In this document: in pieces, positions 1 through 12,705 of the stretch
Layout: each line of letters starts with the position of its first letter
Position numbering within the stretch: position 1 is the first letter of the stretch
Assembly (NCBI RefSeq): GCF_004010195.1
Contig: NC_057719.1
Location: 71,030,153-71,090,173 of the forward strand
Length of the DNA: 60,021 bases
Source: Chiloscyllium plagiosum
Taxonomy: Eukaryota
Direction of reading: 5' to 3'
Notes under the pieces: model-generated
Seen by the model: the letters and a program-made list of their open reading frames with translations, nothing else
What the model was told of the DNA's origin: nothing
The model's database searches: none
Program-made: the position numbers and the translations under genes

Positions 1-132
1 CCTCCTCCCTACCTTTTATCTTAGCCTGCTGGACACACTTTTCTCATTCCTGAAGAAGGGCTTATGCCCGAAACGTCGATTCTCCTGTTCCTTGGATGCT
101 GCCTGACCTGCTGCGCTTCTCCAGCAACACAT
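1..132 (+). mobile_element. Penelope-like element (PLE) 3' terminal/pLTR fragment, young family A
   Basis: CCTGAAGAAGGGCTTATGCCCGAAACGTCGATTCTCCTGTTCCTTGGATGCTGCCTGACCTGCTGCGC..CCAGCAACACAT recurs near-identically at 26340-26423 and 27649-27730; cut by the window edge. Confidence 0.75.
50..77 (+). ncRNA. Minimal hammerhead ribozyme-like motif (PLE type)
   Basis: CUGAAGA-A-[GGGC-UUAU-GCCC]-GAAA-C-GUC: both catalytic core boxes, a perfect 4-bp stem II and a palindromic ACGU in place of helix III. Confidence 0.7.
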
Positions 133-329
133 GAGCTGTATTAGGTCTATCTAAACAGCAGCACTAGACTGCTCAATTTCATGTTGAGATGCTAAAGTCT
201 GCAGCCAAGGCCTCAAGATGTAGAGTTGATCCTGACTGTCCACCATTAGTTTTACGGACTCCCTGGAGAAACGTTTGAGAGATATACAAATGTAGACTTT
301 TTGTTAATAGAATTCCATTTTCCTTAATT

Positions 330-1663
330 AATGTCCCTGTCTGTTTCAAAGGTCCAGCATCATCCCTGTGCCTAAGAAGTCTCATGCAGCATGTCTCAAT
401 GACAACTGCCCAGTGGCCCTAACTTCGGTGGTCTTGAGGTGCTTTGAAAGGCTGATATGGTATTAATCAACTCCAGCCTCCCCACTACTCTTGACCCACT
501 CCAATTTTCCTATTGGACCAACAACAGCTACGTAAGAATCCTAATCATTGACTACAGTTCAGCCTTCAACACTATTATCCCCTCGAGACTGATTACTAAA
601 CTTTGTGATCTCAGACTAAGCCCCACTCTCTACAACTGGATCCTCAGTTTCCTGACCCACAGGCCACAACCAGTGAAAATTGGGGACAATATTTCATCCT
701 CACTAACACTCAACACTGGAGCCCTCCCCCAGGGGTGCGTACTCAGCCCCCTACTGTACTCATTGTATACCCATGACTGTGTCGCCAAATACCAGACTAA
801 TGCCATTTACAAATTTGCTGATAACACCACCATAGTCAGTCGAATCTCAGATGGCAATGAAACAGACTATAGATGGGAGGTGGAAGACCTGAAAAAATGG
901 TGCACTGAGAACAACCTAGCTCTCAATGTCGGCAAAACCAAGGAACTCGTTATTGACTTTCGGCGGGATGTTCCTCATGCCCCCCTACACATTAACAGCA
1001 CAGAGGTGGAATGATTGGAGAGTGTCAAGCTCCTGGGAGTGATCATCCACAACAAGCTTCCTTGGACTCTTCATGTGGACGCACTGGTTACAAAGGCCCA
1101 ACAACGTCTCTTATTCCTCAGGCAGCTGAGGAAATTTGGCATGACGGCAAATAGCCTTGCCAACTTTTATAGGTGCGCCATCGAGAGCATTCTGTCTGGA
1201 CGTATCACTACCTGGTATGGAAACTGTACCATTCAGGATCAGAGACGGTTACACAGAGTGATGAACTTGGTCCGGACAACCACAAAGGCCAACCTCCCAT
1301 TTATAGAATCCATCTACCAGGCCCACTGTCAAGGAAAGGCCGCCAGCATTCTCAAAGATCCATCCCACCCTGGCAATGTTTTTCCTCAACCTCTACCATT
1401 GGGGAGAAGGTACAGAAGCCTGAACATACGCACTCGCTGGTTTCAAAACCATTTCTACCCTCCTGTTGTTAGAATACTGAATAGACTCACAAACTCTTAA
1501 CGTTCGTCAGTTCCTTTGTTTTGTTTTTGCTGCTGTTTACCTATTATTTGCTTATCTATGCAACTTAACTCTGTGATCTGCCTGTATTTCTCGCAAGATA
1601 AAGCTTTTCACTGTGCCTCGGTACATGTAACAATAAATTCAATTCAATTCAATTCAATTCAAT
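330..1663 (+). mobile_element. 5'-truncated Rex1/Babar-clade non-LTR retrotransposon (RT and C-terminus of ORF2, disabled)
   Basis: IPVPKK..PVALTSVV upstream; ORFs 457-1014 and 1015-1500 share a frame, split by one TGA; RT motifs [25 protein letters not shown] (catalytic D>N), [11 protein letters not shown]; 3' UTR ends in AATAAA plus an (ATTCA)n tail at 1636-1663. Confidence 0.9.
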
Positions 1664-2489
1664 CATTATTGCATTGCGAGTTTATATCCAAATCCCCCAC
1701 TAAGAAAAAAATATTCTGATTGACATTCAAGACTGCATATATGGTAATGAGCAAATTGGATGAAATTCACTAATATGCTTCTGGTTGTTATTGTAAATAG
1801 TTGACCTCTTCTGTTTATCTAATTACCTTATTTGCCATACCTCATTTCGTTTTTGTGATAGTGAGCTACTCATTCTCTAGATAGCAATCTTTTGAATTCA
1901 TTCCTCGATTGATTAGTGACGTTCTTAGGTCTATGGCCCTGTTTTTCTTTCTGATACAATTTAAAATACCTTTTCTACACATAACTGATCAAACTCTTCC
2001 ATCATCTTAAAGACTGCTGAGGGGTAAAATGCTCTTCTGACCTGTTCTCAAGTATCCTCTGTTCTTATAGTCCTTCATATCCTTTTCAAATGTACAGAAA
2101 TAATGACTAAACATACAAGTCCTCACTTTAAGTCACCCAATTTCTAACTCAATTTAATATCAGTCACTTAATGGTGCTAGTTGTTAGTTGTTTCGTTTTG
2201 ACATTATTTTGCATGGCCTTGATGTAGGGTCACATGACGTAATTGGTGCCATTTTTGGATTGGCCTCTTCCATTCCATAGCCTCCTGCTTTTTGAGGTTC
2301 CTTGTTGCCAAACCCTGCCCCTATAGCTTACCTCATGAACTTGCAACTGCAAGATGTTCTTGGTTCCATCCTACTCCTGCTGCCTGTCACATCACTCATC
2401 TGCTGGGCTCTCACTATCGTGATCATAATTGATTAAGTTCCTGCTTCCATTTTCCCTCTGGATTTTCTACGATTCTTAATATACTTCCT

Positions 2490-4370
2490 GTGATTACTAC
2501 TGTGTAGACAGATATAAAATACTTGTTCAAAGTCTCTGCTATGTCTTTGCTTTCCATTTTAATTTCCTGCTCTCATCTGCTCAGTGACTGATGGTCATTT
2601 AAGCCATTCTTTATGATTTATATACAGTAAAAGTTTTTTGCTGTTTGTTTTCATATTTCTTGCTAGTTTTCTTTCATGCTGTAATTTGTCATAGTGAGTT
2701 TTGAGAAGATTTGTAGCATGGTTGAGGTTCTGGATATGGGTTTGCTCACAGAGATGGAAGGTTCATTTTTAGATGTTTCGTCACCCTACCAGATAACACC
2801 TTCAGTGAGCCTCCAGACGAAGCACTGCTGATGATTCCTGCTTTCTATTTATGTGTTTGGGTTTCCTTCGGTTGGTGATGTCATTTCCTCTGGTGATGTC
2901 ATTTCCTGTTCTTTTTCTCAGGGTGTGGTAAATCAGATCCAAGTCATTGTGTTTGTTGATAGAGTTCCAGTTGGAATGCCATGCTGCTAGGAATTCTCAG
3001 CGTGTCTCTGTTTGGCTTGTCCTAGGATGGATGTGTTGACCCAGTTGAATTGGTGTCCTTCCTCACCCATATGTAAAGTGAGAGAGGGTCATGTTGTTTT
3101 GTGGCTAGTTGATGTTAATGTATCCTGGTGGCTAGTTTTCTTCTGTATGTCCAATGTAGTGTTTGTTACAGTCCTTGCACGGTATTTTATAAATGACATT
3201 AATTTTGCTTGTTGTCTATATCGGGTCTTTTAAATTAATTAGCTGCTGTTTTAGTGTGTTGGTGGGTTTGTGGGCTACCATGATGCCAAGAGATCTGAGT
3301 AGTCTGACAGTTATTTCTGAGATGTCTTTGATGTAAGGGAGAGGGGCTAGGGTTTCTGGACGTGTTTTGTCTGTTTGTTTGAGTTTGTTGCTGAGAAATC
3401 GGTGGACTGTGTTCATTGGGTACCCCTTCTTTTTGAATACACTGTATAGGTGATTTTCCTCTGCGGTACATAGTTCTTCTGTGCTTCAGTGTGTGGTGGC
3501 TTGTTGAAATAATGTTCTGATGCATCTTTGTTTGTGGATGTTGGGGTGATTACTTCTGTACTTCAATATTTGTTCCCTATGTGCTGTTTTCCTGTAGACG
3601 CTGGTTTGAAGTTCCCCATTGGCTGTTCGCTCTACTGTGACATCAGTTGTTTTCCTCCTCTTTAGTGAATTTTATTCCAGCAAGGGTATTATTGATGGTC
3701 TTGAAGGTTTTCTCTAATTTGTTTTGTTTAGTAATGACAAAGGTGTCATCCATGTAGTGGACCCAAAGTTTGGGTTGGATGGTCGGCAGAGCTTTTTGTT
3801 CGAGTCTCTGCATTACTGTCTGTGCTAAGAACCCTGATATCGGAGATCCCAGGAGTGTTCCATTGGTTTGTCTCTAGGTTTTGTTGTTGAAGATAAAGTA
3901 GGTGGTAAGGCTAATTTGTCATATTTTTAAGGTCAATTTTGATAAGTTATTCAAAAACAACCACATTTCTGTTCTACCACTAAGCTTTGCTGTTTTTTTT
4001 AATATTTCAGTTTGATTCCAGCTTTCACTTCCTCAATTCAAATAGTTTGTGTGTGCTTCATGTAGTCTTATTTTCCTCAATTGGATACCTCTCTGTTGAG
4101 AGTTATGAAATATTGTCTTCAGTGTCTGCTACTGCTTGTCCATTTATCTTGCCCTTTTCACTATTTTCCTAGTTCACCTGAGCCAAATCTATTTTGATAG
4201 TTTGTCACTAGTTTTAGACCCACATTTATCTCTGAAACTGAATATGAAATTCTGTAATTTTATATTCATTCTTGGCTGCAAATGTTTAACTGTCTCATTA
4301 CAAAGTAGCAGGTCTAAAATAGCCCATTCCCTGGTTAGTCCCAGAATGCATTGTTCTCAGAAATAATTTA
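2490..4370 (-). mobile_element. Old degraded CR1 LINE ORF2 fragment, split by the PLE at 2694-3911
   Basis: Minus-strand remnants resembling MAETLNKYF and IKTNSK.FY (2510-2670) and PTRE.AILDLL (4300-4345). Confidence 0.55.
2694..3911 (-). mobile_element. 5'-truncated Penelope-like retroelement (RT + GIY-YIG endonuclease + pLTR)
   Basis: Minus strand: QTNGTPLGSPISGFLA, WVHYMDDTFVI (RT), LPYIKDISE, NVIYKIPCKDCNKHYIG (GIY-YIG), EFLAAWHS; 12-bp direct repeat TAATTTGTCATA at 2682-2693 and 3912-3923; hammerhead-like motif at 2772-2805. Confidence 0.9.
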
Positions 4371-4671
4371 TGTTGATCTACCCCATTTTCCTTAAGACCT
4401 TAATTGTTGATAAACTTACCACGTAGTCATGAAAATTCCAGAGAATTTAACCCTCATTTGTGTTATCTTTCCTTGAACTGACAATTGTTGGAAACCTGCA
4501 CTGCACTACCTCAAAGACCAGCATACTGTCCCTGAGGTGTGATGCTCAGAGGTACTCAATGGCTTTGTAACATGCCTGTTATTACCATCAGCACCACCAT
4601 TGCCTCCCACCCCCAATACTCTAGCAGCAATATAGGCCAGTGTTATCTTTTATTACTTCCTATAGCTGACC

Positions 4672-5472
4672 GTAGAAACTGGGACCAAGAGCAGGCTATT
4701 CAGCCCTTCAAGCTTGCTCTACCATTCAATGTGACTTTGACTGATTCTCTGTCTCAATGCCATGTTTCTGCTTTGTCCCCATACTCTGATGCCTTTAAAT
4801 GCTAAAACATTATCTTTTTCTTTCTTGAATATATTCACTGACTTGGCTTCCATAGCCTTCTGTGATAGAGAATTCTGCAGGATCCCTACTCTTTCTATGA
4901 ACAAAGCTTTCTCCTCACCCCTCCCCACCACATCTCGGTCCTAAATGGTGAATACCCTGTGTCCTGAGACCATGAATCTGATTGAATCCCGCCCAAGCAA
5001 GTAGAACATCCTCCAGACATTGAGTCGACCTAGCCCTGTTATAAATATGTTTCAGTCAGATCACCCTCATCCTTCTCAACTTTAGTGAATACAGGACCAT
5101 TCAAAACTATTTTTCCTCATTGGACAGTCCTGTCAAGCCCAGTTTCGGCCAAGTGAACCTCTGCTGGATATATCGTTTCTTAGGGAGACCAGAACTGCAC
5201 ACAATGCTCCAGGTTAAGGGCAGGGAGGAACAAGTTCCACTGAGGCATCAACAGGGCATTGGATAATATTTACAGAGGAATGGTGAACAAGGATTTGGGG
5301 AAAAGGCAGGCGATTGGCAGTAGAAAAGTGAGTTGGCGCAGGCACAACGGGCCATATTATCTCCTGGGACACCATAACAATTCTGAGACATGTGGTCTTA
5401 CCAACACCCTGCCTGCAGTAAGGCACCACTAATCTGAACACAAAGCCCCTTGGAATGAAGGCCGTTACACCA
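4672..5472 (-). mobile_element. CR1 LINE 3' end, interrupted by an opposite-strand CR1 3' fragment at about 5215-5376
   Basis: ORF 4719-4931(-) FIERVGILQNSLSQKAMEAKSVNIFKKEKD matches the CR1 ORF2 C-terminus; CR1-type 3' UTR. Confidence 0.75.
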
Positions 5473-5923
5473 ATTTCTATTTTTGATTATAATTTTAAAT
5501 AATCGTTGGCAAAAATGTAAGTTCTTTACAGTCTTAATAGGTCTTCACCACATGATACAAGTTGATAGCTATTTCAAAGATTCATGTTACAGTTCTACAA
5601 GTAAAAGCTTATGGATTTTTTTGTTGAATAAATTGAAGAATGTCTATTTGTCCATCAAGGATTTGCACAGGAAAGCCACACCATAAAGTTCACTGCACAT
5701 TTGCCTCAACAATACAGCTAGATTCAACATCTTGCATTTGCTTTATTGGTGTTACTTTCCCCATGTGCACCCAATGGTACCCCTGATTAAATGTCCTAAA
5801 TTGGAAACTTTAATGAAGAGTTATAAAGAAGTGTTTGCCCATTGTGTCCATGCCTGCTTCAAATAAAACCCTGGCAGTCTAGAATGGAGTGGGTTATATG
5901 TAATTAGTTAAGTCTGTATTCAA

Positions 5924-6236
5924 AACATAGAACATAGAACATAGAAAAGTACAGCACAGAACAGGCCCTTTGGCCCAGGTTTAATCCTAATGTAAAATAT
6001 AGTTACTTAACCTACGCACCCCTCAACTTACTGCTATCCATGTGCATGTCCAGCAGTCGCTTAAATGTCCCCAATGACTCTGCTTCCACCACCACCGCTG
6101 GCAACGCATTCCATGCATTCACTACTCTCTGCATAAAGAACCTTCCTCTGACGTCTCCTTTATACCTTCATCCTAATATCTTTAAACTATGACTCCTTGT
6201 ACCAGTCAATCCTGCCCTGGGGAAAAGTCTCTGGTC
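5924..6236 (-). mobile_element. CR1 LINE 3' end with (CATAGAA)n tail
   Basis: AACATAGAACATAGAACATAGAAAAGTACAGCACAGAACAGGCCCTT; minus strand encodes FFMQRVVNAWNALPAVVVEA. Confidence 0.85.
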
Positions 6237-7347
6237 AAACAGGTTAGAAGATTGCGTTCTAACATCATATCTGCTCCCTCTGAATTACGATCTTTAACGT
6301 AGAGAGTTTATTTATAGATTTGAATGCTGGTCTTGTTCCTTCCAATGAATTAAACAAATAATGAAATGGAGTTCTTTGTGAAGATGTTAAATATTTTGCT
6401 TTTAATTTTTTTTTGTAAAATACATTTATTTAATATTATTCACTTTACAAAAGCATTACTCAATCTATAAGTCAAATGGAACAGATAGAATTTGAATGGT
6501 CTAAATTTCAGAAACTGTCACACAAATTGGGATTGCTACAGAAATCACTTAGTCGGCATTGTGTAATTTTTGTCATTCTTTAGCATTTCTGAAATTACTC
6601 ATTTTACTGTAATGTTGAGCATGCTACGACTGGCTTATGAATATTAGGACAATAGCGATTCTGAAAGAACTAGAATATTGTCAATGCAATGTAGGTACAT
6701 GTCATGCTGTGGATTTCTAAAGTGCTCTGAAATCATTTATGCTTGATGGATGAATATAATTTCAGGACATCTAGCATTGAGGGACTATTCCCTGTGCTGT
6801 ATGTCTGAATAAAACTGCTATTTTTGCACCCATGTTAGTAAAATGTAATGCTTTGTGGAATGGAGATGGCTCCACAACAGGCAGAGAGAATGCAAATATT
6901 AACCTTTTTCAATAATTTTTTTCTACTATGTTTAAAGGAATAAACTGTATTATGAGGCACAGTGTTGAATACAATAATTCTAACAGTAAAAGATGAAGCA
7001 TTTTTGTTTTAATTTTTAAAGTAAACCAATAAGTACATGATGCTCATTTTGTTTTATCTAATAATGTATGCAGAAAATTACAAATATATCCAATTAGGAT
7101 AATCCAAAATTCTGTTGTTACTCGATGCAGGTCAATTAATGCAGTGACATGCTTGAGCATCTGCAATCTTACATCAACAAATTTTTACACAGTTTTATGT
7201 GTAAATAATATGAAATTATCCTTATGTTTCACTGAAAACTAGAAAACATAATTGAGAAGGAAACAGGTGCTCTATTCTCTTTATTGAAGAAATAGAAAGT
7301 GTATTTCTGATATTCTGTCTTCATCGTTGTGAAAAGCGTTTGTTTTT

Positions 7348-8590
7348 AAGTGTTCATGGATGAACTTAGCTGGCTGGTCCAGCATTTGATGTCCATCCCT
7401 AGTTTTCCTTGGGAGGTGGTAGTCAGCAGCTTTCACGGACTGCTTATGGTGTAAGTACATTCATAGTCCTGATAGGGAATTCCAAAAATTTGACCAGAGG
7501 TCATGACAGAGCGGTGATATAATTCCAAGCCAGGATTATGTGATGCTTGGAGGGGAACTTGCAGGGAGTGATGTTTCCATGTATCTGCTGTCCTTGTTTT
7601 TCTAAATGGCTGAAGATATAGGTTTAGAAGGGGCTATTGAAGACATCTTGTTGAGTCACTGCAGTGTATCTTGTAGATGGTACATGCTGTTGCCACTGTG
7701 TCAGAAATTTCAGTGCCTGTCAAGCAGACTGCTTTGTCCTGAAAGATGTTGGATTTTGAATGTTGTTGGAGCTGCTTGCACCTTGGCAAGTGAAAAATTG
7801 TCCATCACAATTTCAACTTGAGCCTTTTAGAAATGATGGACAAGCTTTGGAGAATTTGGAGCTGAGTTACTTGTCTTAGAATTCCCAGTCTCTGACCTGT
7901 CCTTGAAGTTACAGTATTTATATTGCAGCTTATTGGTTCAGCTTTGAGTCAGTTTGTAATCCCTAGGATAGAACCATAGAAACACAGAAAATTGCTGCAG
8001 GAGTAGGCCATTCTGCCCTTTGAGTCTGCACCACCATTCAGTATGCCATGCAATCCCAATATCCCATTCCCTCTTTTTGTTCATATCCCTTGCTCCATTT
8101 AGACATACGTTGACACCCAGTTTAGCATCAGTTTGGGGAATTGGTGATGGTAATGCCATTGAATGTCAATGAGAGATGGTTAGACTGTTACAAATGGTCA
8201 TTGCCTGGCAATTGATCAGAATGTTCTTGCTGCTTAACAACCCTAAGTCTGCATGTTGGCCAGTCTTTGTAATTTTGACACTGCTTCGGTATTTTGAGAA
8301 GTTGTGAGTGATTTTAAAAATCAGCAAACATCCTCAATGTTGAAGGAAAGGTTATTGTATTTTGAGAAGTTGTGAATTATTCTGCACAATCAGCAAACAT
8401 CCTCAATGTTGAAGGAAAGATTATTGATGAAGCAACAAATAATATTTGGGCTGAAGACTCTAACTGAGGAACCCCTGTATTGACATTCTAGTCCTGAGAT
8501 GATTGGTCTGTAAAAACCACAACCATTTCCTTTATGTCAGGTTTGACTCCAGCCAATTCAGCATTTTCTCCTAACTTCTCTTCATTCCTA
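7348..8590 (-). mobile_element. CR1/L2-group LINE 3' portion (same family as 9505-11460), with a short CR1 3' end nested at about 7968-8102
   Basis: Reverse-complement homology to 10620-11460, 33925-34345 and 54998-55620. Confidence 0.7.
8289..8425. repeat. Tandem duplication, 2 x about 68 bp
   Basis: GTATTTTGAGAAGTTGTGA...AATCAGCAAACATCCTCAATGTTGAAGGAAAG.TTATT starts at 8289 and 8357. Confidence 0.9.
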
Positions 8591-9504
8591 ATAATACCCT
8601 TTTGTCTCGGGAAACTGCTTGTAAGACCAGCCCATTTTGTACTCAAAATTCAGAACTTGTCTTGGTTTCTTCCTTTGCCGGAGTTTCAGGATCCATCAAG
8701 CTAACAATGGTCAGAATTGTTACTTTCAAACTAACTTTGAATACGATAGCAGTCCATGAACAACAAATGAAATAAGGCATCAGTTAATCTATTAGTGACA
8801 TTGGTTGGAGAAAAAGCTGGTAAGGCAGCAGGAGACCCCTGTTTTACATTGAATTGTCCTATGGTACCTTTTATGTCACTGTTGAATGCGAATCTGCAAA
8901 GCAATGCATCCAATAATGCCAGCACTCTATCATTACTGCCACAGTACTTTCCTAGGATAAATGGCATAATATTAGACTATGATCAGGAATAAATGTAATG
9001 GTGGCTGATGTCTCACATATTTGATCCTAGTATATGCAGAAAGCATAGAAAACTTACAGAAATTGTACTAAGTCGCTACTGGAGAAAACAGATTTTCCAG
9101 GGCCAAGATGTAGTCTAAGCTTGAGCAATTACTGGTCATTAATTAATGGTTAATTCTGTTTTTGAGCATTTTGCAAAGAAAGTTTTTCCGATGATAGTAC
9201 ATGACAGAGTGTTTTATGGCAAAGCAACATTCATTGAATCTCTCTATTAGCATTTTGTAATCCTTGCATTGTATGCTGACATTGATTTTGGGATTGATGC
9301 CAGTTTTAATTGTTCAGGCATCCCTTGCACATATCAGGCTTCTCAAATCGTATTGCCCTGGGCAATCACCCCTCTGAATCATTCACGCAGGTGAACCTCT
9401 TCTCTAACCTATAAGCAACCCCAGGACCATTGTAAGATAAACGTTCTTGAATTATCTCTTTGATTTGACTTCAAGAGCAAGATACCATAGGATTTTATCT
9501 CTGT

Positions 9505-11460
9505 GGGGCAGTGATGATCTAGTGGTATTATTACTAGACTATTAAGTGAGAAACTCAGGTAATGTGCTGAGGACCTGGGTTTGAATCCAAATTTGAATTC
9601 AATAAATATCTGGAATTAACAGTTTAAAGGTAATCATAAAGCCATATCCAATTGTTCTTAATCTCATCTCGATCACAAATGTACTTGAGGGCAGGAAATC
9701 TGCCATCCATAACTGATCTGGCCTACGTGTAATTCCAGACCCACAGTAAAGTGGTTGACTCTGAAATGCCTTCTGAAATGGCCTGGCTATTTACTGAGTT
9801 GTATCAATTGCTATGAAGTCTCAAAAAAGGAATGAAACTGGTTGGATGACCTGGCATCAACCTACATATTAGAAACAATGGCAGAAACAGCCCTGTTGAC
9901 CCTGCAAAGTCAATCTTACAACCATATAAATGCTAGTACCAAAATTGGAAGAGCTATCTTACAGATTGGTCAAGCAACAGTCTTGATATAGTCAGCCTCA
10001 CAAAATCTTACCTTTTCATCACCATCCCTGGATATGTCCTGTCCCACTACTGGACAGACCCATGAGACGTGGAGGCACAGTGATATACAGTCAAGAGGGA
10101 GTTGCCTTTGGAGTCCTCAATATTGACTCTGGACTTTATGAAGTCCAATGGCATCAGGTCAAACATGGGCAAGAATACCACCTCCTGCTGATTGCCACAT
10201 ACTGCCTTCCCTTGACCAATAGATCAGTACTCCTTCATGTTGACCAACACTTGGAGGAAGCACTGAGGGTAGCAAGGGTGCAAAATGAACTCTGGGTAAT
10301 GGATTTCAATGTCTACCCAGAATGGCTTGGCAGCAGCTTTACTGATCAAGGCAACCAACCAGAGGGAAAACATACTTGACTGCATTCTCACCAATCTTTC
10401 TGCAGATGTATCTGTTCATGACAGTATTGGTAAGAGTGACAACCATACTGTCTCCTCAAGGACTAAATCCTGCCTTCACAGTAAAATTATCTTGAATCAT
10501 GTTGTGTGGTACAATCACCATACTAAATGGGACAGATTTCAAACAGATAAAGCAACTCAAATTAGGTATCCATGAGGCACTGTGGGCCATTAACAGCAGC
10601 ATTTGTGACTTCTCAGACACTGAATCAGTTCATGTTCATATCTAAATGCAATAAGATCTGGACAGTATCTGGGTTTGGGCTGACCAGTGTCAAGTAACAT
10701 TCATGCCACACAATATCAAACAGTAACCATCTCCAATAGGAGAGAATATAATCACTGCCCTTCGAAATTCAGTGTTGTTACTATTACTGAATCCCTTGCT
10801 ATCAACATCTTGGAGGATACCATTGATCAGAAAATCAACTGGACTCACCACAAGCGTGAATTGGATACAAGAATAAGTCAGAGGTTAGGAATCCTGCAAT
10901 GAATAACCCACCTTACAACTCCTGAAAGATTGTTCACCATCTACAAGATATAAGTCAGGAGTGTGATGGAATACTCCCCACTTGCCTGGACAAATGTAGA
11001 TCCAGAAACACTTCTGAAGCAGAACAAAGCAGCCCCCTTAATTAGCTCCACATTCACAGATATTCAGTCATTCCACCGCCGACACTCAGCAGGAAGAGTT
11101 TGTACTACTGTCAAGGTGGACTGCAGAAACTCATGAAAGATCCTTAGATATCACCGACTAAACCCATGACCACTTCCATCCTGGAAGGAGAAGGGCAGCA
11201 GCTACATGGAAATACCACCAGCTGCAAACTTCCCTACAATTGCCTCATCATTCTGATTTGGAAATTTATCACTGCTCCTTCACTGTTGCTGGATCAAAAT
11301 CCTGGAATTCCTTCCCTAATGGCATTGTGGCTCAACCTACAGTGCATGGGCTGCAGTGATTCAAGAAAGAAGCTCACTATCACCTTCTCACAAGTGACTA
11401 GAGACAAGAGAAAAATGCAGAGCCAACCAAAAATGTCCATATTCAACAAGTGAATAAAGA
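9505..11460 (+). mobile_element. Internally deleted CR1/L2-group LINE with a tRNA-derived (A/B-box) 5' head
   Basis: TGATCTAGTGG and GGTTTGAATCC boxes; APE endonuclease remnants (PKLEELS.RLVKQQ, TIPGYVLSH, RGGTVIY, NILDCILTNL, IGKSDNH); jump at about 10600 to RT C-terminus (TIDQKINW, YKI.VRSVMEYSPLAW); 3' tail shared with SINEs at 21787 and 43300. Confidence 0.8.
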
Positions 11461-11809
11461 AGAAAGAATAACATTGCAAGGGTTTAGTTGCTAAGCCTTG
11501 TCTCTTCTATTTGATTCCACATGGTGATATAAGACTTGGGCCTTGCCCGCAAATGTGGCAACATGTTTTCCATACAAAGTTTGTCACTGCAAATTGCAAC
11601 ATTTTCAGAATAGATTGCAATATCCTCATGCCCTCAACAAATCTAGTCTAAAAGGAGGGAAAAAAACCGCTCAAAGGTGCTTTACAGGAAATTAGTTATT
11701 TATAAAGGGTAGTTGCTGTTCTTACATCAGAAAACACAACATTCTAAAGACCCACAAAAAGTTCTGACTTTAACAAATGAAATCAATACCTGTGATTCTG
11801 AATGTAATT

Positions 11810-11925
11810 TAAAATGTTAACTCTGTTTCTCTCCGTACGGATGTTGCCAGCTCTGTGGGTTTTTAAAAAAACTTTTTCTGTTTTTTTTCTCAGTTTTCCA
11901 GCATCCACAGTATTTTGCTTTTATT
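11810..11925 (+). mobile_element. Old PLE terminal fragment (family D)
   Basis: AAAATGTTAACTCTGTTTCTCTCC...TTCCAGCATCCACAGTATTTTGCTTTTATT; related to 12362-12461 and 33730-33905. Confidence 0.55.
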
Positions 11926-11939
11926 TTAACTTTAATTTT

Positions 11940-12130
11940 TGATGATGTTAGTTTAAGAATAAATATTCACCATGCTGCTGAGGGAACTTCCATACCCTTC
12001 TTGAGTAATGTCTCAGGATCTTCTATATTAACCCAAGTAGGCAGACAAAATCAGATTTAACATCTCATTTAGCAGCTACCATCTCTGATAATACAACATT
12101 CCAGAAGTAATGTATTGAAGAGTCTGGTAT
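11940..12130 (-). mobile_element. Deu-domain SINE (SacSINE1/AmnSINE1-like) remnant
   Basis: GATGTTAGTTTAAGAATAAATATT...GGATCTTCTA...GGCAGACA...TTTAACATCTCAT resembles the reverse complement of the Deu core; overlaps 51715-51947 in antisense. Confidence 0.6.
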
Positions 12131-12361
12131 TTACATCCAATTCTATAACATCATTCAGTTTCTCAGGAAACTTAATAGATATGAATTTTGTTGCATGAAA
12201 GCTGTGAAAATATATTGGTTTATCTCAACCAAAGTATTTTCAGCTTGGTAGTTTGAGTTTTCCTTCAAGATACAGTTAATATGCTGGCCTTCATTGCTGG
12301 ACCTCAGTTAGGTTTGTATAAAATTAAGGTTTTGTACACTGCATGTTTTAAAAATTGTAAA

Positions 12362-12461
12362 GTCAGAAATAGAAATTACTGGAAAAGCTCAACAGATCTG
12401 GCAGCATCTGTGAACAGAAATCAGAGTTAACATTTTGGGTCAAGTCACTCTTCGTCAGAAC
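12362..12461 (-). mobile_element. PLE terminal fragment (family D) with degenerate hammerhead motif
   Basis: Minus strand CTGACGAAGAGTGACTTGACCCAAAATGTTAACTCTGATTTC...GATGCTGCCAGATCTG. Confidence 0.6.
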
Positions 12462-12486
12462 ATTAAAAATCTCTGTCTTCTTCAAT

Positions 12487-12705
12487 ACAGCCCCACACTC
12501 TTCTAACATGGTGCTATATCATCATTACTTCACTGTCTCTGGGTTAAAATGATGACATTTCCTTCCTGTGGATATCCCTATACTCCAGGATAGCAATGGT
12601 TCAGGAAGGCAGTTTACTGCCACCTTCTCAAGTACAATTGGGAATGGGCCATAAATGCTAGCCGAGCCAGTGATGCTCAAATCTCTTGAAGTGGGATGAA
12701 TTTTT
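12487..12705 (+). mobile_element. 3' end of the 9.5-kb LINE family
   Basis: CACCTTCTCAAGTACAATTGGGAATGGGCCATAAATGCTAGCC tail. Confidence 0.65.

Noticed and set aside
1012..1017. In-frame TGA between two Rex1 ORFs as readthrough or selenocysteine
   Set aside because: Most simply CGA>TGA decay; the copy also has FADN and an internal deletion near 525
9230..9500. Protein-like minus-strand stretch (IKEIIQERLSYNGPG...)
   Set aside because: Short, bounded by stops, no matching splice pair and no recognisable family
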